DNA of 64,000 bases from the human T2T-CHM13v2.0 reference genome, Homo sapiens, in the NCBI RefSeq assembly GCF_009914755.1, contig NC_060932.1; one strand, given 5' to 3'. Position numbers and translations under genes: made by a program. Shown in pieces: positions 53,928 through 64,000 of this stretch; positions within the stretch are counted from its first letter, which is position 1; each line of letters opens with the position of its first letter. The notes beneath the pieces are model-generated. The model saw only the letters and a program-made list of their open reading frames with translations, had not been told where the DNA came from and ran no database searches.

Positions 53928-54302
53928 ATGAAGAAATAGATTTACTGTTGGAGGAATTTTTTTAAAAACTTTAGAAAGCTTCTATATTGTATTTTCAGTA
54001 ACATTCAAGAAAACATGTATTTGTGAAATAAGAAAAATGTCAATGGGCTGAGATAAAAGGACTCAGCTGAGGAAGATTCAGGCAAAATTAAAAACAGAGC
54101 TTGGTAAGAAATCAAAATTTTAAGTAACAGTATGGAAATCAGTGTAAGAAGGATTAACAAGCAAAGCCCCCAATTTAGCAAAGTATATAAGTTCTGGTGA
54201 TTACAAGCATGAGACGCAAGTCTAGAATAAAAAGCAAAGGACGCTGATTAGAATACAGCCCATAAACAGGTGAAAGAACAGTCTAGAACCTGGGTCAGTT
54301 TT

Positions 54303-54605
54303 TTGTTTTTTGTTGTTTTTGTTTTTTGAGATGGAGTCTGGCTCTGTCGCCCAGGCTGGAGGGCAGTGGTGCAATCTCGGCTCACTGCAAGCTCCGCCTC
54401 CTGGGTTCACGCCATTCTGCCTCAGCCTCCCTAGTAGCTGGGACTACAGGTGCCTGCCACTACGCCTGGCTAATTTTTTGTATTTTTAGTAGAGACGGGG
54501 TTTCACCATGTTAGCCAGGATGGTCTCGATCTCCTGACCTCATGATTCACCCGCCTCGGCCTCCCAAAGTGCTGGGATTACAGGCGTGAGCCACTGTGCC
54601 CGGCC
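54303..54605 (-). mobile_element. AluY
   Basis: GCAAGCTCCGCC, TTCACGCCATT, AGGATGGTCTCGATCTCC; 17-bp TSD GAACCTGGGTCAGTTTT. Confidence 0.95.
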
Positions 54606-55070
54606 GAACCTGGGTCAGTTTTATTCCTAAAGAAATTTTTATAAAACATCATAGAAATAACAAAGACAGTTTCCTGGTATAAAAAGAATCTATGTCTGTA
54701 GCTCAAAACGGATCACTGATACTCAGAAACACTTATTTTAAATAGTCAACAACAACCCCAAGTAGTTCAAATAGCTAAATATCTTCCAGCGAGGCAGCTT
54801 TAGTTCCAACAATAATCTACAGCTTAAAAAGCAATCAGGACTAGAAAGCATCAGTAATGACCAGGACACAACTGGAAGTCCTCTAAATTGGTCACTCCAT
54901 TTTGTTTTCGTCTCTGACTACACACATTGGCAAACAGAATTTCAGTGTTCCTTGGAGTTGCCATGACTAACATGTTCACTATCTTGACTATATTTTACTC
55001 ACCAGAAAAATAAGCTTAGGTGGTCCAGGTTCTATCTACACAGTTCTACAGCTCCCTGAGGTGTGGTTAT

Positions 55071-55822
55071 TGTCAAGAACTCTGAAGGGCCTGAGATTTT
55101 ACCATGCTTAGAAGTTGATGAGTTAACCTACCAGCTCCACGGTGCTGGCTGCTCCTGGGCAGGGATCCCTCACTGTTGAGCAATCAGCATCAGCTTCGTG
55201 TTAGTGTTGTCACAGCGTTGTGTGGTACGGTGCAGGTGGGTGCTGCGCGTGAAGTGGGTTTGCATCACTGCTGAAGAATAAGGATAGAGATTGTGCATTA
55301 AGAAAAATGAAATTATTAATAAGAAGTTTTAGGAATTAATAAAAATTTAACGCAAAGGAATTAATATATGGAAAAACACAAAACAATATAATAACAGCCC
55401 CATTATATTTCTTTCTACATTTAGAAAAGGTGGAATATTTCGTGACTCAGCTGAGGTGAATCACTAACTCTTCAAAAAAAATAAAAAGATAAAATTGGGG
55501 TTTTATTTTACATAGTACACAAAAAACTATTAAGAAGTTGATTAAAGACATATAGAATGGCAAGCTTAGAAGCCCCCACACTTAGGCGATGCAAGCAGAA
55601 CTGTCCTGACGTTTGTTCTAGACGCACAGATCATCTGTGCTACACAGCGGTCAGTGGACAAGCCAGCTCTCTGGCCTGCGCATGACTACATGTCTCCTGT
55701 CCTTTAAGGTTAATCATTATACAAACATCATTTGGAAGATATTCCAGACCAAAAGCTGCCCTTGTGTCTACATGCCGTGTTGGGAGAAATGCAAGAGACC
55801 CGTGGAACGTTGTTTCACAACA
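55071..55822 (-). mobile_element. ERVL solo LTR (LTR40-like) containing a foreign ~285-bp insert
   Basis: TGTCAAGAACTCTGAAGGGCCTGAGATTTTACC...TATACAAACATC...GAGACCCGTGGAACGTTGTTTCACAACA. Confidence 0.7.
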
Positions 55823-56726
55823 TTTAGAATTGTTCTTTAAGAAACATGCAAGATCACTGCCTTCTGAGCACCCCTGCACATTACAAATATATTCCTTCTT
55901 TTCAGATTATTGTTCTCCCTGCTGTCTGCTCACCGTCCTGTGGGGAAGCCATCCTCCTGCAGGAGCATGTGAGCCTGCTCAATGACTGACTACACAGGAC
56001 ATCCAAGAGAATTTGTTCAGACTAATTATTAAATTTTAATTAGGAGTTCAGTAAAATTGTTGGATAAGGGTGCAAAAACAATAGTGTCTCTACCCTCCAT
56101 AAAAAGCTCATTTAAATTGGTGGTTATCAAAACAAAGACTCCATTCACAATAAACCCAGACAACCGAAGAAAATTCTAACAAAAGATGTACCTGATTTTT
56201 ACAATGGAAACGATGTATTTTATGGGGGATTACACATCAATTCTGAATATATTAGGAGATTTCTCCTGCATCTAGAAAAGAAAAGGAGAATATAATAAGT
56301 GCTCCCCAAATTAATTCAAACATTCCAAGCAATTCTGTTTGAAAGCACAACTGATTATTTTTCAGAGACATAATAATAAGATTAATAGTTAATCTTCACA
56401 AGGAAGCATAAATGACCAAGAATATTCGGTACTAACTTGAAAATGAAGAATAAGGATAGAGATTGTACATTAAGAATAATGACATGATTAATAAGAAGTT
56501 TTAGGAATAAAATTTAATGAAAGAAATTAATATATGCAGAAAACAATAAAACAATATAAGAACCGACCCATTTATATCTCTTTTTACATTTAGAAAAGAT
56601 GGAATATTTTGTGACTCTGCTGAGGTGAATCACTAACTCTTCAAAAAAAATTAAAAGATAAATTTGGGGTTTTATTTTACACAGTACACAAAACAACTAT
56701 AAGAAGGTGATTAAAAATACATAGAA
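55272..56726 (+). repeat. Dispersed direct duplication: 55272-55557 and 56444-56726
   Basis: Both begin TGAAGAATAAGGATAGAGATTGT and end ATAGAA; colinear, roughly 85% identical by eye. Confidence 0.95.
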
Positions 56727-58030
56727 ATAGTATAACTTAATTTTTTTTGAAAATATACGAACATTTAGAAGTTTTGATACAGATGGATTATTTTAAATAA
56801 GATATAATTTAAAGTTTAAAGAAGAGTGGATAAATTTAACTATACTGATTTAAAACATCAGTAGGAAGGAGCACCAAAAGTTAGTTGGGCAGGGCACGGT
56901 GGCTCACACCTATAATCTCAGCACTTTGGGAGACCGAGGTGGGTGGACCACTTGAGGCCAGGAGTTTGAGACCAGCCTGGCCAACATGGCAAAACCCCAT
57001 CTCTACTAAAAATACAAAACTTAACTGGGCATGGTGGCGGGCACCTGTGGTCCCAGCTACTCAGGAGGCTGAGGCAGGAGAATCACTTGAACCTGAGAGG
57101 CAGAGGTTGCAGTGAGCCGAGATCGTGCCAACCTCACTGTAGCCTGGGCCACAGGGTGAGACTCCGACTCAAAAAAAAAAAAATTAATTCAGACAGCAGT
57201 TACAGGATTTTATAAATTTAAATAGAATTGCATGAGAACATATCTTACAATTCAGCAAAATAATATGCAATAAATTATGTACAAAGATAAGAATCTCCTT
57301 AGGAGTCAGAAAAATGTAAATCAAAATGTCAATGATACATCACTTTAGACCCAACAAATGGGCAGAATATAAATTTTCCCTGAAAATACTAAATGCTGGC
57401 AATCATGTGAGGAGAGACTATTTTTAGAAACTATTAATAGAATGTAACCTGTGACAACCTCTTTGGAAATCAACTTGGCAGCATTTAAAGACGTGAAGAT
57501 GTACATTGTCAATACACGGATTTCTATTTTCAGGTATGAGTCCTAAGTGACACATTGACATGGAGTCCTGAACAGTGATTTTTGTGGTAGCATTTGGTTT
57601 AGTAGCCAGAAAACCCTAATATTTCACCAGATTGACAAAACGGATAACTAAATTGTGATTCATTCATAACGTTTAGTATTTTAGAACAGTTTCAATAAAT
57701 ACATTAGCATACATAATTTCAGTTTACAGAAATCACAAAATCATAATGTTGAATATAGCCAAGTACAAAATTCTACACACACCATGAGGCCCTCAGTGTA
57801 GAAATAAAACACCCACGTATACACACAAAACAAAACTGTCGTACAAGATTGTGGACATATACATAAGAATGACATGTCCCAGCTGTCAGACCAAGCACAG
57901 GTATGTGGGTGCAATCAGCCTCTAGTTGTACTGTGATGTTTTATTAACCTTATATTAAGAAAGAAATCTGAGAAAAAATATTGGAAACTGTCCAATCTGT
58001 GTGATGAATACATGGTTATTCACTACATAA
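56000..58030 (+). mobile_element. Ancient L1ME-type ORF2/3' remnant
   Basis: CTCCCCAAATTAATT, AAATGTAAATCAAAATGTCAATGATACATCAC, ACAACCTCTTTGGAAATCAACTTGGCA. Confidence 0.6.
56887..57183 (+). mobile_element. Alu (AluSx/Sz-like)
   Basis: Full Alu with poly(A). Confidence 0.95.
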
Positions 58031-58221
58031 TATTCTACACTTTATAATTAAAATTGTTAAAATAACATGCTTTCACAGATTGAAAAACCAAGAAAACATA
58101 TATTAAGCTTTTACAGTTCCATAGAACATATACAATAATTTGCTTCAGGTATACTGGATAATGACTCAGATAGGCAGCAGGAAAGCAATTCGTCTTCATT
58201 TCTTGAAGAAGTAATGACTGA

Positions 58222-59004
<783 letters not shown>

Positions 59005-60122
59005 ATTGGGTAGGCATTGAATTACGGATGGGAAAAATACACATAAAATCCAAATATATTTTCTGTTTGCTTGGCATAATAAATGGTCTGTCACAACCTT
59101 CGCTACTTTTAGAAATGCTGTCAATATATTTCTTTACTTCTTAAAATGAAAAGTCTGAATTTTAAGGATTTCCTTGAGTATACATATAATTCTAATATTA
59201 TTCCATATATCGAAGATCCATGCATCAGACGTGATGAGGTGAAGATTCTAGCTCCATCCCGCCCCTCTGAATTTTAGATTCCAAATTCATAAAATAATGC
59301 TGTTGATAGAGTTGCCCTGGAGAGTTGTGGTCTAAAGTCATATAGCTCGTACTAGAAAAATTTAGCTAAAATATTTACAATCTGCATATCCATGTTGTCT
59401 TAGGCACGGCTGTCCAACGATGTTTCACAATGTTGCTCAAATGTCCCCCCAGAATGTTTAATAACAAAACACTGTGCTTATCTCTAGCTTCTCCACCTTT
59501 TCAAAATACTTCTCAGTCAGTCATTTAAAGGTAGTTTCAAACTTCTGTAGATAGATATTACTCTTTAAAAAAATGACTAGCACTACTAATAATAATATTG
59601 TAAAGAAGCCAAACACTTATAGAGTGTTCACTTGTGCTGTTTTGCAAATGTAATCTCAGTTAACTCTCACAACAACCCTATGAGGCAATAGAGACAATAA
59701 TGGTATTGGCTGTAAGTATTTTTGAAGATTAAATGGTAGTGAATATATAATATTCAGAGGAGTGCCTAGTATACCTCAAATGTAGTATCCAGTAAATATT
59801 AGCTCAGATTCATGATGCACTGAGATTGCCCAATGGTCGATTTGTCTTAAGTGATTGAAGTGAGGTGCTCATTTTTAATTTATACTTTTTAGTTACCCCA
59901 CTAGGTGTTAAGGATGAGATTTCAAGTTCTAATGTAAGAATGGAGACTAGCGTGCACTTGCAAAGACAAGTGAAAGGCAACAGTGTTCACAAGGATGTCC
60001 ACTTCTGCTGCCTGTGCTTTGCAAATTAATATACTGTGGGGGAAATGGAACCTGCTGAGGTACTGCCTTGGGTGCAAATAGCCTCAAATGTTTTCTGCCC
60101 CACTGGTGTCAAGAACATTAGG

Positions 60123-60497
60123 TGATAAGGTTTGGCTCTGTCCCCACCCAAATCTCATCTTGAATTGTACTCCCATAATTCCCACGTGTTGTGAGAGGGT
60201 CCTGGTGGGAGATAACTGAATCATGGGGGCACTCTCCCCCATACTGTTCTCATGGTAGGAATAAGTCTCATGAGATCTGATGGTTTGATGAGGGCAAACA
60301 TGTTCAATTGGCTCTCACTCTCTCTCTTTGCCTGCTGCCATCTATGTAAGATGTGACTTGTTCCTCCTTGCCTTCCGCCACAATTGTGAGGTTTCCCCAG
60401 GCATGTGGAACTCTAAATCCAAATAAACCTCTTTCTTTTGTAAATTGCTCCATCTCCGGTATGTCTTTATCAGCATATCAGAAAATAGGCTAATACA
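60123..60497 (+). mobile_element. THE1B-like solo LTR
   Basis: TGATAAGGTTTGGCTCTGTCCCCACCCAAATC...TAATACA; TSD TTAGG/TTGGG. Confidence 0.9.
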
Positions 60498-60512
60498 TTG
60501 GGCATAACATGG

Positions 60513-60808
60513 TTTTTTTTTTTAGAGTTTCTATTTTTTTAATTAATTTTAATTTCAATTCTGGTGTACATGTGCAGGATGTGCAGGTTTGTTACATAGG
60601 TAAACATGTGCCACAGTGGTTTGCTGCACCTATCAACCTATCACCTAGGTGTTAAGTCCAGCATGCATTAGCTATTTTTCCTGATGCTCTCCCTTCCCCG
60701 ACCTCATCCCCAGACAGGCCGCCTCAATGTGTGTTGCTACCCTCCCTGTATCCATACGTTCTCATTGCTCAGCTCCCACTTATAAGTGAGAACATGCAGT
60801 GTTTGACT
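60513..60808 (-). mobile_element. L1PA (PA8-10-like) 3' end
   Basis: GTACATGTGCAGGATGTGCAGGTTTGTTACATAGGTAAAC...CTCCCACTTATAAGTGAGAAC. Confidence 0.9.
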
Positions 60809-62348
60809 TAAGCTCTCTGTTGCTTAATTGTGAGCATGTATTATGGTTTTGCAGAGGTCATGATTGCATTTTCCGTTTCTTGGGTCAAAATATCAGAGGC
60901 TTTTCCAAATGCACAAACTGACAGAAAACTCTAGGACAGCCTGCTGTGGTTACAAAGACAAGAAGATCCAAGAATTCACAGTGACAGAGAACATTTTGCT
61001 TAACAGATAGAAAAGGTTTTCATAGAAATAAATTGCTTAAAACTTTCCAAACAATTTAGAGAATGCATGATGGGGACTGAATAAAAAGGATCATGAAACT
61101 AAAATCAGACAGGTTTGTGCAGCTCAAATCCAACGAGCAGGGACACCATGATCTTGCAGTCCCAGTGCGGCCAGGACAAAGAACAGTCATTTCATCCTAT
61201 TGCTTAAGAAGAAAACCTGAAGATAGCTACTGTTATCCAACTTAATAGGTTTTGGTGAACTCCTACTGTTATTATTATTTTTTGGTATACAAACCAGTAA
61301 AATGAACTACATATAGTCCTAATTACAAAATATATATTCAACCTTTCTCCACAATTTCTTTTCCCTTCATGAAGTCCAACAAAACTTTATTCTAGCTATT
61401 GTCTTTATGTTCATACAAACCAGAAAATTCTACTAAATTTGACTTCTGCTAGACTCAAAATTCTGGTAGAGTCTGTGAAACTAGATTTAATGAAACTTAT
61501 TGTATCCTTTTCATTTTGTATACAAATATTTTTGTAGAATTTTAGCTTTCAAAATCTTAGCTTTATCATGGCATGTTGCAAAGTAGATGATACTGAACAG
61601 AGAGAAAGTTTTATTTATATTTACACAAAACATGCACACAGAGCCCCCACAGGGCCGTTGGCTAGCACTCCTACACAATTTCTAAGACTTTGATGGAAGG
61701 ATATCTGAAAAGTTAACCTAAAAGATGGGGAAGAGGATAAGTAACTATTAGCTAATAAACAGGGAACATGTCAGTTTGTGGAGTTCGAAGTAAAGGAAAA
61801 TATCTGTGCTGGCTGCTCCGGTCCCCAGATATAGCCTTAGACCTACAAGAGCTGTGAATCCTTAGAAATGACCCCCTAATGGGGAGAGCATAGTGGGAGG
61901 CCTGGAATAGAATCTAGGTTGACTTAATTATGCCGAAAAATATAGGCAGGTTTTTTTCTCTGTTAAAGACACCATTTTTGCTTATACATATATTTAATCC
62001 TTTATGGCCTAAGGGAAACAATGTGAAGCCCTAGGCTAACAGGAAATAATTTATTTCTGTGATTTTATTAAAGGGCTCGAAAATAAGCATTCTGAGAACT
62101 AGGGGAAAATAAAAAAAAAATTGAGCTATTTAGATTTGAGTGTAAAACAGCAGTTAGCTTATAATTACTTTAAAATACATAGTCTATTATGTAACATACA
62201 CTTACCAATTGTTCACTGTCTCACAATGAACTGAAGGACAGAAAAGAAAAATGTGATTTAGGTTAAGTCTAGGAACAAACATCTTAAAGGGTTATTAAAA
62301 ACAGAAAAAAATTTTCTCAAAGGAACACACAAATTACGTTTCAAGGAG

Positions 62349-62680
62349 TATATTAGTCTGGTCTCACACTGCTATAAAGGAATACCCAAGACTGGGTAAT
62401 TTACAAAGAAAAGAGGTTTAATCCGCTCACAGTTCTGCAGGTTGTACAGGAAGCACAGCTGGGGAGGCCTCAAGAAACAATCATGGCAGAAGGAGAAGCA
62501 GGCACACTTTTAAACAACCAGATTTCCTTAGAGCTCTATCATGAGACCAACACTAGTCAGTGCTAAACCACTAGAAACTGACCCCAAGATCCAATCACCT
62601 CTCACCAGGCCCCACCTCCTAACTTGGGGATTACCATTTAAAATGAGATTTGGTTGAGGACACAGATCCAAACCACACCA
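62349..62680 (-). mobile_element. MST (A-like) solo LTR
   Basis: TATTAGTC...CTATAAAGGAATACCCAAGACTGGG...CCAAACCACACCA; TSD AGGAG/AAGAG. Confidence 0.88.
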
Positions 62681-63145
62681 AAGAGTGTTGTACAATAGAA
62701 TAGTGTTTCCCTTGTCTAATATTTCTACACATTTGTCAGTGTGTTACATGTGTGAACATGTAACATCCCACAGTTTATCTCACAATATCTGCCAAAAAGA
62801 AGAAGTCAAAAGTTTGAAAATTTACGCTGAAACTATTTGCCGTTACTTGTCACAACAAAACAAACGCAGATGTGCTATTTCCCACAATCTCTGTGCAATC
62901 TTAATTTCCTGAAATACAGTTTCTTCCCATTTGATTTTACAACCTGTGTTTACTATTTCTGACAAATACAAACATGTTTATGTTACATGTGTTTACATTT
63001 GGATACATACATTTAAATTATGACAGTTTAGCATTTTCTCTTGAATTATAAACAATTCTATGAATACACTACTCTTCTAAAATTAAACAAAGTAATCTTG
63101 GCCTGTTTTTTTAGTTTGCTTGTCAGCTAATAACAAGTAAATACA

Positions 63146-63289
63146 GGCTGGATGCAATGACTCATGCCTGTACTGGGGGGCGGAGGCAGGAGGATTGCTT
63201 GAGCCCAGGAGCTCCAGGCTGCAGTGAGCTGTAATCACACCACCGCACTCTATCCTGGGCAACAGGGTGACACCCTGCCTCAAAAAGAA
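63146..63289 (+). mobile_element. FAM/FRAM Alu monomer
   Basis: Single monomer; TSD AAGTAAATAC (63135-44, 63290-99). Confidence 0.85.
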
Positions 63290-63453
63290 AAGTAAATACT
63301 TGTGGCACACACCTGTATAAAGTCACTGTACTTATTTTCTGTAGCTAGAAACAAGCAGAGAATTTATATCTGCTTTTCTGGCTTTAATAAACAAAAAAAC
63401 TCCAGGAGACAGATTATTCATTTCACTATTATTTTCTGCCTTTTTCTTAAAAG

Positions 63454-63479
63454 TCAGATCTCCTTTTACCTGAGTCAAG
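63454..63479 (+). other. Candidate micro-exon (22 or 26 nt)
   Basis: Polypyrimidine TTTTCTGCCTTTTTCTT, tandem acceptors AAG|TCAG|, donor AAG|GTGAGT. Confidence 0.3.
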
Positions 63480-64000
63480 GTGAGTGAACACTTCCTGCCA
63501 AACTCAGATGGCAGTTACTACTAGTGAGGCTCCCTGAGCATCTTACAACCTGGGGCAGAAATTTGCTGGTCTCAGTTTATTCATTTATATTTAAATAATG
63601 AGTTAAGAGAAAATCAAATTTAACACGTTATGCAGCATATTGCATTATGTTTAATAATACAAACCTTACCAAATTATTACTAAGTAATTTCAGCTGTAAT
63701 CAAGCAAGATTCATGGGATGAAATCATCAAACTTGATCTTTGTCTCTTCTTACCTCCTTAAAATTGTTCTGGGAAAGCCTGTTCTGTAATGATTCTGATC
63801 ATTCCCAGGGCATAAATAAACCTCTTTAATATGTCCAGGGCACTGTCTAAATGAAGATATCAGATTATTAAACTTCCTTCATGATGGCCCCAATTCCTGA
63901 CTCTCACGAGTGCAGTTGGAGCGAGCCTTGGAGGGTGCAGGTTTTCCCTCATTTTGCCCACTTTCCCCATTTTTTGTGGCTTTGCTTTTCCTCCCTGTCT

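Overview
This is primate DNA, most likely human: it carries AluJ/S/Y, L1PA/PB/M, MIR, L2, MaLR (THE1/MST/MLT1), ERV1/ERVL LTRs and a Tigger DNA transposon. The window is AT-rich and repeat-dense, and I cannot support any intact protein-coding gene. Nearly all ORF-track entries are Alu, L1, LTR or tandem-repeat artefacts. Notable structure: (1) an apparently full-length Tigger7 with TA TSDs, a decayed transposase, a nested MLT2A LTR and a young 30-bp x3 repeat; (2) a ~25-copy 18-bp minisatellite, 12 of whose units match the metal-response-element core, just upstream of a CpG island with a second GC-rich repeat, a strong-Kozak ATG and a perfect splice donor; (3) several well-formed + strand candidate exons downstream, suggesting a spliced non-coding transcript; (4) a ~285-bp copy of neighbouring L1 DNA inserted into an LTR with microhomology at both junctions. 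Repeat subfamily names come from recalled consensus features, not a RepeatMasker run, and boundaries without TSDs are approximate. I could not identify the locus. The sequence alone establishes no new biological system, so the findings are hypotheses to test.
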